Part shown: piece by piece, positions 36,639 to 48,970 of the stretch
Position numbering within the stretch: position 1 is the stretch's first letter
Layout of the letters: every line of letters begins with the position of its first letter
Assembly: GCA_028534125.1 (NCBI GenBank)
Contig: CM052817.1
Span: 41,542,001 to 41,606,000, forward strand
Origin: Lama glama
Lineage: Eukaryota
Direction: 5' to 3'
DNA length: 64,000 bases
Made by a program: the position numbers and the translations under genes
Notes under the pieces: generated by a model
What the model was told of the DNA's origin: nothing
The model's database searches: none
What the model saw: only the letters and a program-made list of their open reading frames with translations

Positions 36639-39600
36639 AATGAAACTACCATTTAAACTGAAGTTTCAATGTCACAGTCCACATAAATGTTCTTAGCCCA
36701 TTGTCTGGCCTGGTGCAGTGAGGACTTCAGTAAATGTCTGTTCCAGCTTGTCTGTTCCCTAGTGGGAGCACAGTGGGGTTTATGGAAAAGAATATAGGCT
36801 ATTCGATCGCACTGGGCTTCCAAAATTCTGTCTTTTTTTTTTTAAAAGGTCAATAAGGACACATCCCTTTTAGAGTTTTGTTTGGATGACATTAGAAAAC
36901 AGTGCTAAAGTGACTGGCACACTGACTAGCCTTTAGGGCTCAATCCCTTTTTATCCCAAACTTATCCCAAGTGCAGACTACATTCTCCGCACTCAATCAC
37001 TTTTCAGCCCACTGTGGTTTACGTTTTGCCTTTGGCCACCCCTGGAACTGTGCTGCAGATAATAACACAAACTTCAAGGGTGGTTGTGAGGATTAAATGA
37101 GATCATGTGTGTGATCTTTGCTTGCATAAAGAACATAATAGCTTTTGTGATTAATAATGAAGACCCAGTTGCAAAATTCAACAGGCCCTGCAAATTTTCT
37201 CCCTCTTTGATTTGTCCCTGTGAATCTTTGGTTCTTTCCCTCTCAGTTCTGTGAGCTGCCTTCTCTTTCTAGGCCTGCCTTCAGGGCTTTCTCACATCTT
37301 TATACCCTGCCCTGGGAGGATGCCAAATTGAGAAAAAAAAAAAATCTGCTTTGGTGGTCACCTCTGACTTTTTAAATATATAGTTCTTGGTCTCCTCCAG
37401 CCTCAGTCTACATTGCTAAAATTTCACCTTCCTGCTTTTTGAAACCATCCCCAAGACTTCTCTTCCTTTAGATCAAGTGCATAGCCATCTTGCTACTTTT
37501 GCCACTTTGTACTTGACATAATTTTTCATCTGTAGAAGCTGTGCTGTGAGTGCTGGGTTTGACCGTAAGTCTTCAATGCCTACCTTCACTTTTTACTAGA
37601 TGTATAGACTTTCCCTTCTTTCCCTTGTGCTTCCACTTTCTTATAGGAGTCATAAGTATAAAATAGTAGCTCCTGTTGCACAGAATTGTTGTGAATAATT
37701 ATTGGACAAGTCTATTTCAAGAGATTCGTACAGTGCCTTGCATACAACAAGTGCTTAAGAAGAATCAGCTATGAGCTAAGAGAATTGCTTGTATGTTTTT
37801 ATTTAAAGCAGAGGTCAGGCCATATCCATCTTTACATTTTAGTGATCTGCCACTACATTTAGAGTAAACAAAGGGACAAAATGTTAAGCAAGTAGAATAA
37901 CCCCTAGCCAGAACTCTCACTTGTAATTGTGAGACTGGACAAAAAAGTGTGAATGGAAGCCAGCAAACTGAAGAACGCTTGTAATAGCTACATTCAGGAC
38001 CAAAAGCAACTCATTTGCAACTAACCTATGCCCAAGATGGAGCAAGGGATGAAACAGATAAGCCAGCAGTATCATGTCCAGCAATGACAAAGAAATGGCC
38101 CTCATGCCAGACCTTCTGAGTGACTTCCTGGGCAAATGAGCTGAAAGCAAACTGAACTGGGTAAACTGACAATTAAAAAAAAAGGTTTAAAAAATTGAAT
38201 TGGGTATAGTATTTCCCACCTAGAGATGCCATGTTATAACACTTTAAGACCATAAAAGGATGTTTCTTTTATCTTAGGTCATAGAATCTCAGATCTGGCT
38301 GGATTAAATTGTCTCAGAATGCTGGCATCATTAGATGCCCTCCCCCCAAAAGGACTAAATATTAGGATTCATAATTCTGGCTGTGCATCTGACTTACCTG
38401 ATGTATGAAGGATTTGTAGCTGTTCAAAAAAAAAAGGAGCTTCTGGATTGAATACAATGGTGATACACAGTCTGATTTCTTATTGAGTCTGATTAATTAA
38501 AATTTGTCTTGTATTTTAGTAGTAGGAATTTCCTATTTTATTTTAGAGAGGACCTGTTACTGTTACAGCCAACCATTGAATCAAAGGACACTTATCAGTC
38601 TCTTCCTAAAGACAAGGAGATTTAAAGAAAGCCATCTGTGTAACTTAAAATAACAGCAAACACAAATTTGAAATTTTAGTGGATTCTGTTGAGTTGAGCT
38701 CTAATTTTGACCACAAAATCATGTCTGTGTGTGTGTGTATATGCATATGTGTGTGTATGCATACTACACGTCTTCTTTTTAGCTCTCTTAAGCACTGTAT
38801 ACATACATTTTCTAAACACATCCCATTGACAATTAGTAGTATTGAGTACTTACTCAAGTCTGTATCAGCAGTTGTGGGGAAAATATATAAGAAAAATGTG
38901 TCTTAGGCTCTGAAGAGTTTACCTTCTAGTGGGTGAACCAAGGAAAGCCACATGGGACAATTAACCAAAAATGGGAGAAGTAGTATTCAACCATGTTTTG
39001 GAGACTATGTCACAATTTGCTGTTTCAAACAGTGAAAGGAGGAAATCAACGGGAGATGGAGTAGCCAGGGAAGATTTCCTAGAAGAGGTGAGGTTTTATT
39101 TAGCCTTGAAAAATGGGTAGGACTTTAGGCAAGTCAAACATAAAGGATTTGTAATTTAGAAAAGAATAACAGTAAGACAGAAGTTGCAGAAGTAAGAATG
39201 AGTTTACCATGCTAATAAGGCAGTGTCTGATGGGACAAAGTTTGACCTGATCTGAATAGGGCTTGTATGCTGGAGAGCACAGGAAATAGAGATGGATTAT
39301 AGGGTGGAATGCGTTTACGGAAGGCCTTGAATGCTAGATCAAGGGAAAAGTAGGGGACCCTAAAACGTTTTTGAGAAGAGAAGGCTTTCTAATGAAGGCC
39401 AGAACTCTCCAAAATGGTCTAGAAAGTTTTAATAACTACTAAATTTCCTGCCTCTGGAATTATGAAAACATAAGGTAGATAGCGACTGGGAGAAATTTTA
39501 GAACTGATTCAAACATCAGAAGGTTGATTAAAGATATTTAAAGCCTTATTAGTTACAAACTTACTTGACTGCAAGGATATATATATAGATAGATAGATAT

Positions 39601-39639
39601 ACACACACATATATACCTGATATATATATATGTATCTGA

Positions 39640-40095
39640 TTCACAGTAGCGTAAATATATAGGGGTTTATTTTTCCTCTTGTAAGAAATCTGCAGTTAAG
39701 GAGCTGTTCGTATTTGTTCAGTGACTTGACAGTGTCATGTCTCATGTTTATGTGACTCATCTTTTCTCTCTTTCTTGCTGACTCAGGGTCATCAGATGGC
39801 TCCTACAACTCCAGCCATCAAGTCCTCACTCAAGGAAGAAAGGAGGAGAAAAGGGGAGGCAACCAGCTATACCTTTACCTTTTCACCAAGAAAAGTAAAG
39901 GCTCTCTCAGAACTCTGACAGGTATCTCTCATATACCACTGGTCAAAATCTTATCTCACGGCCACCTCCATCTGGGGCCATTCAAAATTTTCTGAATGAG
40001 GGGGACTGGGAAATTGAGTATCTTGTCTCGGTCTGGGCACATTTCCACTGCAAACAGAATCTGGGTTCAGTTGTCAAGGAAGAAGGGACAATGGA
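39640..40095 (-). mobile_element. Old MLT1 (MaLR) LTR remnant
   Basis: agatggctcctacaactccagccatca...tcacggccacctc...gactgggaaattgagt, typical of old MLT1 subfamilies. Confidence 0.55.
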
Positions 40096-40199
40096 AAATG
40101 CAAAGTCTGTGAACCTTCAATCCATTTATTAGTAGTTATTTTCTATTCTGCCTGTAAACTTGTTAAGTTTTTCTTCATTCTAAAAACAAAACCAAACAT

Positions 40200-43100
40200 C
40201 AAAACACTTTTCCTTATCTGTTTCACAAACTATCATCCTATCATTTTCTTTTCTTTGATCTCTTAACTTGTTTAAAAAGTAGTCTGTACCTAACATTTCA
40301 TGTTCTTACTGCCTAGAATCACATCACTTCATTTTGTTTATTACCTTCTATAAGAGGATCTTTGTTCTCTACTGAAATTTGTGTTAGGTTCTAAACTTCT
40401 AAACACCGGTCCAATTGCCACCCCACCCCAAGTCTTCATCCTTATTTACCTTTAAGTGTTCGACACTATTTACCACCCTCTCCTGGAAACTCTCTTTCTT
40501 TTTTATGTATATGGCACTATTTTGGTTTCTTCTTGTATTTTTGATTACACATACCTTTGTTTCCTTCACTAAACAAATATTTAGTATCTGTTGTGTTTTT
40601 GACACTTAATTTGGTATTGAAGATACAAAGATGAAATGAAATGGTCCCTATTCTCCCTACTGGGGAGACAGGAATATTATCACTTAAGAAACCTTAGGAT
40701 AGTTTTGAATGGCTGAATAAGGCAGGAAGTGTTGCATGGAGGAGATGATACTTGAATTGAGATTTGAAAGTTAAATAGGTGTTTCTCCAGGACTATTTCA
40801 GATAGGATATTCCAGGCGGAGGAGTTATCAAGAACACAGAGATGGGAGAGGCCTTTCTTCTGGGATTCTCTCCAACTTCATACCAGTCTCTCTCTCCAGT
40901 TACTTCCTCAGTTACCTCACTTTAGCTATGTATGTAGCTATTTATTTATCAGAAATTCCAAAAATGCCTTTCCTAAACTAAGCTTCACTATAGAATTTCA
41001 GACTCCCATTTTTTACAAACTTGTGGATGCCTTGTTGGCATCATAAATTCTGTGCATCTGTAATGAAACTGATCATGCCCCCCCATCTTATTCTTGGTTT
41101 CCACTCTTCTGTGAATGGCACCAGTATCTTTGTAGCCATCCTGGTTCCAAGTCTTAGAGTCACATTTGCCTTCTCTCTCTCTGACCATCATTTCTAATCA
41201 TTGCTAAGTCACATAGACACCATTTCTTTGATATCTCTGTCATCTGTCCTCTTTATTTTTATTGCAACCTCTTTCATTTAGTTGCTAACTTATTCTAATC
41301 AAGACTAGTTAAAGTCTCCCAGATGGCTTCCAGTTCTTCCTCACTCCAACTGTATTTGATTTCTATTGCTGCTCAACAAATTATCAACCTAGAGGCTTAA
41401 AACAGCTCTCATTTGTTATGCCACAGTTCCGTAGGTCAGAAGTCCAGGTGGGCTCACCTGCGTTTCTGCTTAGGGTCTCACACTGAAGGTGCCGGATAGG
41501 TGGGGTTCTTATCTGAAAGCTCATTCATGTGTCGACATATTGCAGTTCCTTAACGCTTGTAGGACTGAGGTCTCATCTTCTTGAGGATTATCAGGGTTTG
41601 CTATTATCTCCCAGAAGCCACCTGCCACTTCTGCCATGTGTCCTCTCCATCTTCAAACCAGCAATGGGGAACTTCTTGCATGTTAAATAGAGTATTTATA
41701 ATCTCTTTCTCCAGAGAGGGTCCCCAGCCTTTTAAGGGACTTGTCTGAGGTCCAGCCCACCAAAGTAATCTCCCTTTAGTAAACTCAGTTTTACCATGTA
41801 GCATAAACTAATCACCAAAGGGATATCCTGTCATACTTTCTCTTACACTGAATATGGAGATTATACAAATAACTAGGAGTCAGTTTAGAATCCTGCCTAT
41901 CATAGTAATCATCTAAATACTGCTACCAGATTTATCCTCCTAAAACTTAATAAAATCTTTCTCAAAAACCAGTAAGTAGTTGCTCATTATCAATTAAATT
42001 TAAGCAAAAAAAAAATCCTCAGTTTGATATTCATAGCCTTCCACCGTTTGTCCTCAGCCTGATTTTCTGGTGTGTCTCTATTTTTCCCCACATATCCCCT
42101 ATGCCATGGTAGATGGTTCATTTACACTTTTTTCACTTGCAGTCTTCCTTTGCCTGGTTTTTGCTCCTCAAGACCATCTGCAAATGCTACCTTTTCTGTG
42201 CAATAATTCTTAATCACTCCAAAGGCTTGTGAGCTCTTAATCCTTTAAATCTTCACAGCATTTTATACCTCTCATAGCATTTGAGAGATTCTGGCATATG
42301 CTGCTTCAGTTTACTTTTATAAAGAAAGAGGTCTCTCTAATAAAACCCAGCTCCCTCCAGGTTGGCAGCAATGGGAGAACATCCACATGGGGAAGAAGTG
42401 AGCAGACCTATTGTCTGACTCTTCTTCCCCAGAGATTTTCCATCTGCCCCGTCTTTCTCTGGCTGATTCTTCTTTTTGTTACTGCACTGCACTAAAGGAT
42501 TCTGCTATGCCTTTCTCTCTTATTCTGGCTAAGCTTGAACACACAACTAATTTAATTTTGGATTTCTGTCACATAGCTGAGGCAAGCCTGGAACTTGCAA
42601 ACAATCATTGACTAAAGGTTCATGGAAATAAACACACAGAGACCAACACACAACTCCATAATCTGGCTTACACCACACTTTGATTTTCTGCTTTGTTCTT
42701 CCTGGCTCCTGTTCTATCATCATTTTTGCTAACAGTTTTGTTTTTTAAGTGAATATCCCTCATGTACCAGAAATCCCTCTAGGTACTAGAGATACAGTGG
42801 GAGCAAAGTAATTATTTGTTATAAAAAAAAAATCTAGGGTCAAGATTGTAAGATCGAGAGAGGCAGAGGTAGGTGCTTCCTCATGTGTTCATAAATATTC
42901 ATTGAGTATACATTATGAGCCATACACTATTCTAGAAGCTGGGGATAGAGCCATACAGAAGACCTTTGAAATCCTACCCTCATGGAGTTTACATTCCAAG
43001 AGAAATGGACAATAAAACCAAATTAAAAAATTCAAGAATTTCACAGAGGTACCATGAAGATAATAAAACAAATAGGATCAAGAATGGTGTGTATATGTGG

Positions 43101-43280
43101 AGGGGGATGCGGTTCCAGGGTGGTGAGGTGGTCACGAGACACCTCTCTGAGGACCCAGTATTTGAACAGAGACCTGAATGATGAGTAAGTCCGCCTAACA
43201 AGGTCTGGAAGGAAAATGTTCCAGCCACTAGCAAAAAATTGGAAAGGAGAGCCTACTGAGTGCTCTACAGTGACTGAGGG
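40200..43280. mobile_element. Cluster of L2 fragments interrupted by MLT1
   Basis: L2-like motifs (tctgtgaatggcacca...; atattcattgagtatacattatgagcc...ccctcatggagtttacattc; tttgaacagagacctgaatgatgag). Boundaries approximate. Confidence 0.55.
41350..41902 (-). mobile_element. MLT1 (MaLR) LTR
   Basis: ttctattgctgct...ggcttaaaaca...cagttccgtaggtcagaagtcc...tcttcaaaccagcaatgg...tagaatcctgcctatca. Confidence 0.8.
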
Positions 43281-43484
43281 TCTCACACGTTTTTCATGAT
43301 CTACACTAAGAATAATCAGTCACTCCGAGGATTTCCCCCCAACACCTTGTTCTCTGTCCTAAATAAGAAAATCAGACAAGAATCCAAGGCATAGGTTTGG
43401 GGTTGGGGAGATGTGGAAGTGTCATTACATTGATCTGACTTATTAGATGCAAAGACCTTGAAGGCAGGAATAGTTATTCATTTT

Positions 43485-43588
43485 CTATTTATTAAAAAAA
43501 ATTTTTTTTGATGAAGGTACTGGCGATTGAACCCAGAACCTCATGCATGCTAAGCATACACTCTACCACTGAGCTATACCCTCCCTCC
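43485..43588 (-). mobile_element. tRNA-Ala-derived SINE (camelid vic-1-like)
   Basis: Minus strand GGGTATAGCTCAGTGGTAGAG...CTTAGCATGCATGAGGTTCTGGGTTCAATC (A box, AGC loop, B box) plus A-rich tail; degenerate TSD AGTTATTC(A/G)T at 43472 and 43589. Confidence 0.8.
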
Positions 43589-43934
43589 AGTTATTCGTCT
43601 TTTACCCTTACTGCCTTCCCCTAATTTCCTTACACATCATTATATGCTTAATATAATATTTGTAGAACAGAATCCAACTGAACAGTGATAAGATGAGGGG
43701 TGTTACACCAGATATCTCCCATCGAATATATTTATTTTCCTATATTAATATATAGAATAAAAAAGTTTATCTTCCTATAACAGAATACTTTGATTTTAGC
43801 TTTTGTTTATTTCCTTTTTTGAAGTCATTTCAACTGCTTTTCAACTAAGACATTCCTTAAAATTGTAATGATATGAAAATTAAAGATGACTAAACATACA
43901 GAATAAGAAAAAACAACTAATTACATCCTTGAGA

Positions 43935-44434
43935 NNNNNNNNNNNNNNNNNNNNNNNNNNNNNNNNNNNNNNNNNNNNNNNNNNNNNNNNNNNNNNNNNN
44001 NNNNNNNNNNNNNNNNNNNNNNNNNNNNNNNNNNNNNNNNNNNNNNNNNNNNNNNNNNNNNNNNNNNNNNNNNNNNNNNNNNNNNNNNNNNNNNNNNNNN
44101 NNNNNNNNNNNNNNNNNNNNNNNNNNNNNNNNNNNNNNNNNNNNNNNNNNNNNNNNNNNNNNNNNNNNNNNNNNNNNNNNNNNNNNNNNNNNNNNNNNNN
44201 NNNNNNNNNNNNNNNNNNNNNNNNNNNNNNNNNNNNNNNNNNNNNNNNNNNNNNNNNNNNNNNNNNNNNNNNNNNNNNNNNNNNNNNNNNNNNNNNNNNN
44301 NNNNNNNNNNNNNNNNNNNNNNNNNNNNNNNNNNNNNNNNNNNNNNNNNNNNNNNNNNNNNNNNNNNNNNNNNNNNNNNNNNNNNNNNNNNNNNNNNNNN
44401 NNNNNNNNNNNNNNNNNNNNNNNNNNNNNNNNNN
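43935..44434. other. Assembly gap of exactly 500 N
   Basis: Run of N seen directly. Confidence 1.
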
Positions 44435-45484
44435 ATCGAATGCTTGACTTATCTGGTAGGGCACGAAGTCTAAAATAGGCTTTGGATTATTTATAATTAA
44501 CTTTAATCTAGGCTTGATACAGCATTATCGTATATTTTACCTATTCAATTAGGGTAAGATTCCTAGGTTTTTTTCTTAAAAATGAAATTTTGTACACTGG
44601 TTTCTATTTAGCAATCAAACAATCAAAGCAAGGGGAGGGAGGAAAAAGAGAGAAATTCTTGCTCCTTAATTTGTTTATAAAAAGAAGACAAACATTTCAA
44701 GAAGAAACACTGTCTAGTTCCAAACTTCAGTAGAGGTTACAGCTTCCTAAAACACTTCTTAGGAAAATTCACATAACCCTGTTTCTCTATCTCACAGAGA
44801 CCCAGGACTGATATTGGTGATTGGACATTTCAGGATGTTGTGTAAGTCAGGTCTTTACACAAAAGAGAAGAAACAGTAGAAACAGAGCTTGCACCTGGCC
44901 TGTCACTATTCCTGCAGACCCTCACCTCCCAATGTCACTGAGCTTCAAAGGAATCTTTCAAAAATACATGTACAAAGTGTGAATTAGTTCAGCTTACTTA
45001 GAAGGCATCTTCAAACGTCAGCAGTGATATGGTAAGGGCAATATTATGAAATAAAAAGTGTAATTAACTTAAGTTCTTGTGATTCTGAAATAATTTATTG
45101 GTACCAACATCCAGACACACATAGAAGGGCTGCTGTAACCAGAGGAGAGAAGTGATGCACTATTTGCACAGTTGGTTTTATACTCCCAGTGACACTTTGT
45201 GGGTAGGATTTATATTATGTAATTTTAATATAATCATTCAATGGGGAATGGGTGTTATGCTTATGGAAATACGACAAGTGGATACTGTGAACCCAAATTT
45301 TTTCAGGCATTCTCCCGTGTGTGTGACATGTATCATGCTGAGTCAGTTGTATCTTTGTTACATTCACCATCTTTTCCTTAAAACGTCACCCGAGTGAAGA
45401 GGACTTTTGTTACCATCAAAGAATAAAACTAGGAAAAATAAGCATATGAAACATTCTTAGACACAATACATCGGAGTGGATAAG

Positions 45485-45700
45485 AAGATGAACTGGGGCT
45501 CAGCTGCATGTGTTCAAATCCTGGTTCTGCTGCTTATAGCTGTGTGACCCTCTGAAATTGACCTGACCTCTCTGTGTCTCAGTTTCTGCATCTGCACGAA
45601 ATGAGGACAATTACCAGTAGTAGCTTCAGAGGGCTGCCTAATTAAGTAAGATTAAGACAAAACAAGTCAAGTTCTTTGAACAGTGTATGTAAGTCCTAGC
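45485..45700 (+). mobile_element. MIR SINE
   Basis: gttcaaatcctggttctgc...agctgtgtgacc...ctctctgtgtctcagtttctgcatctg. Confidence 0.75.
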
Positions 45701-46224
45701 TATTTAAATTAACTCAGAATTGAAGTTCCCTGCTGAAGAAACAGTTTGCAGAAGTGCAATCAGGAAAGTGTCCCTTTCTAACTGAGGTATCTAATCTATT
45801 TCTTCAGAAGATAAAAACAAGAACTACAGCCTTGCCAGCGTTATTGCACACTGACTGATGGCGTGTATCAATGGGAGATTGGAATTGGTCAAGAGAGACA
45901 AAGAGCAAGTATTTATCAGCGCAGATTAGATCCTGCCAGTGCAGAGGTTCTCCTATCAGGTTTAGGCCCACTGTGGACCCAGACATGATGATGTTACACT
46001 TCAGCTCATCCAAACCCCTCTGCACTTACTCCACGCTCGCTCAGCGGGCCCCTTCCAAGAGGAGTTCAGTTTCTCATGTGCTGGGGACAGAACAGACCCA
46101 GCCACCCTGAGTTTTACCACGTTCTGGCATCTCTATTTATTTTGGTAATTCTTTCTATAATTGCATTTTGGGTCAGATCAGGTTCTGTAAGTTTTACGCA
46201 GAAAGGCAATATAGTATTGTGCAG

Positions 46225-46309
46225 AAGTTCTCAAAAGTGAATGGGTGGAATGATCACTTGAGGAGTTTGTTTCCAAAAAAATCTAGATTTCCACCCCTCT
46301 TCCACCACT

Positions 46310-46349
<40 letters not shown>

Positions 46350-46430
46350 ATTTGGAAGGTCTGGCCTCGGGTCTATTATGAACATATACCCCAAATGATT
46401 CTGATGCAGGTAGTCTTTGGACCACACTTA
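46225..46430. mobile_element. MER5-like element containing an (AC)18 microsatellite (46312-46347)
   Basis: gttctcaaa...atcacttgaggagtttg...aaatgattctgatgcagg...ggaccacactt. Confidence 0.55.
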
Positions 46431-48143
46431 GTACAGGAATAGCAGGGAAAATCAGCTTTATAATTAGAGAGACCAGGCTTTGAAATCAAGCTCTGTCTCC
46501 TACAACCTGCACGATTCGGGGCAAGTCACTCAACATTTCTGAACTTGAGCTTTCTCGTCTAGTAACATGGGACTGATGAGTCTCTAGGGAGAACTAAAAC
46601 ACACACTGTGAGGAAATAGCCTGACACGGTCCTCACGTAGCAGTTATTATTGTCGGTTATTATTATTTCACCAATGTGAGACAGGCTGTTGGAAGCTATT
46701 CATCTCAAAGAGAAGTGAAGCACCTATTAATATGCTCCAAGCCATGAAGGCTCAGGACCAGACCATGGGAGATGGTGACCCCACCATGATGCTGCCTTTT
46801 CTGTGTTCTTACTTCAAGCACCTAACCCACTGTGGGTGCTAAATGGATAAGTCCTTTCCCTCCTGGGCAGACAGGTAGCATCCTTTCCTGAGATCTTTTC
46901 CTTAGACAGCCTCTGTTTCAGAATCTCCAAGCCGACCAAAGTTCCAAAGCACACACTGGTACATCATACTTTTTCTGTTTAGGGCAAATAGTCCAAGAGT
47001 TAAAATCCTTTCTTTCACTTGTAGAAAACCCAAATCTTATCTATGCAGTTAAAAAAAAGTAAACTACAGCCTGGGAATGCTTTTATTTATGTTATAAAGA
47101 TTTCAAGCTGGAAACCACCTTAAAACCATCTGGTCCAGATCCCGCCTAATGTAAAGACGAAGAAACTGAGGATGGAGACACTCAGATGCAGTCTTGATCC
47201 CTGTTTCTTGTCCCTTCGGTTACTCCAGTTTTTAATGGTCCTTGGGGTAGACTGTCACAGCAACTCAGGGAGCTCTGCTCCACGCGCCTGGTTCACGAGA
47301 GGCAGGTTTCACGCAGGCTGGGTTCTGTTCATTCTAAGGAGGTGGCTGTGTGAGTGACTTTAGACAGCTTTGCTTTGCTTCCCAGATGAGAATCTGACAA
47401 AGTCCAGGCACTTTGGATCCTGCTGTGTGCTGACAAACGTCTTGACAAATGGGAGACGCAAAGAGGGTGCTGGTGGGTGGGAGAGGGGCTAATTCTCCCA
47501 CTGGGAATAGTTTAGACAAGACGCTAAGGGCTACAAAGTGACTCCCAAGTGTGTGACTTTTTAAAAGTCTCATTTGATTTCACTGGAAGGCTTCTTTTGA
47601 TCCTGAGTTATTTTGTATTTCACTGGATATGCAAAGTCAACTATTAGAGATCGGCACCTTTCAATTATAAAGGCTGAGTTAGAAATTCCTTTTACTGTTA
47701 AACAGTGTATCAGGCAAGTTTGTTAACGGAATAAAAGGAAGTGTACTTTGTGCATTCCTTATAGTACAATAATCCTTTCTTCTGCGTAAGCTATTAGGAT
47801 CTGAAAGTTGCATGCATGGCCATTTAGACCTTCACCTTGTTTTGTACATACTGAGAAGAAACAAAATTCAGTTCGATATCCCAGAAATTAATTTTTCACT
47901 CCAAACTTTTGATGGGAGTGATTCATATGCCTCTGGGTAAATTTATTTGACCCTCACAACACACATTTGACCACTCCATTACAGATCCTGACTCGGTGAC
48001 TACTTTTTTATATCCTACTTGGCTGAATGACTCAGGCCAAATTCGACTCAGGATGAATTATATGTGATATTCAACATCAGTAAACAGCATCATGTGTTAT
48101 TTTAGATCCTTGATAGTCAAAGAACAACAATAAAATAGCATTA

Positions 48144-48272
48144 GGGGAAGAAAGAAATGAGGAAGAAGGAAAGGAAGAAAGAAGGAAGATAAGAAAGGAG
48201 GAAAGAAGGAAGGAAGGAGGGAAGGAAGTAAAGTAGGTAGGAAGGAAGGAAAGAAACGAGGGAGGGGAAAAA
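48144..48272. repeat. Purine-rich (GAAG)n-like low-complexity tract
   Basis: Seen directly. Confidence 0.85.
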
Positions 48273-48756
48273 ATACAAACTACAAGGAGAAATTCATCGT
48301 GTGGCTAAGGCTTGAAGGAAAGCAGTGTGTTTGTATTAAAGTGATGGGCTTGTATAAGGAGAGGGAGGATTGCGTACAAAGGCAGAAGCACTGTTCCTGC
48401 TCATCTCTGTCTTTCTGAGGATCATCACTATGTGCTACCAGACATTTCTCCCCTGTTGAAATATTTTGTTGAAGACTTGTCCATCAGGGGACTATTCCTT
48501 TTTCTTCTGCTTCCCTACTCCTGGAGAAGCATCAAGGGACTGAGAAGTGTCTATACTCATTGTCCTTAGTTCCCTCACTTCTCGAGGCTGTCCAGACAGT
48601 GTGCTCTAGCAGAAAAGAATGGAATTTGTAATCTTACATATCAGACTAAAAGCACATCTCTTCCCTCCATTTACAGTGTGGTCGTGCACAAGGTACAAAA
48701 CCTCTCTGACGCTCAGTTTCCTCATCTGCTTAACTGGGATACTACTAGGCTTGTAG

Positions 48757-48970
48757 AGTGGTGTGCAGGAGGAGGGGGCTTGTACTAGCCCGTGAGAGCC
48801 CAGTGTGACATCTCTGCTAACTCTCTGATCAGAGATGTCACATTAGTAGCTTGAAATTGAAACAGTATTAGTGGAAATATTTACACTAAATCAATTGGCA
48901 AAGACTACAGATCAAGGCTTCCTTTTTATTTCAGCGAGCCTATTGTTAAGTCTTTATCAGCACATCTCTG
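48757..48970 (+). mobile_element. MER63-like (hAT-Blackjack) element inserted into a MIR
   Basis: agtggtgtgc...gagagcc...gtagcttgaaat...atatttacac...ggcaaagactacagatcaaggctt...gagcctattgttaa...cagcacatctctg; MIR core ctcagtttcctcatctg immediately upstream. Confidence 0.7.

Noticed and set aside
43485..43588. Functional tRNA-Ala gene (also 63061-63178)
   Set aside because: Stems are degenerate, and A-rich tails with TSDs indicate retroposed SINEs.
43880..44464. 194-aa and 172-aa ORFs
   Set aside because: Artefacts of the N run.
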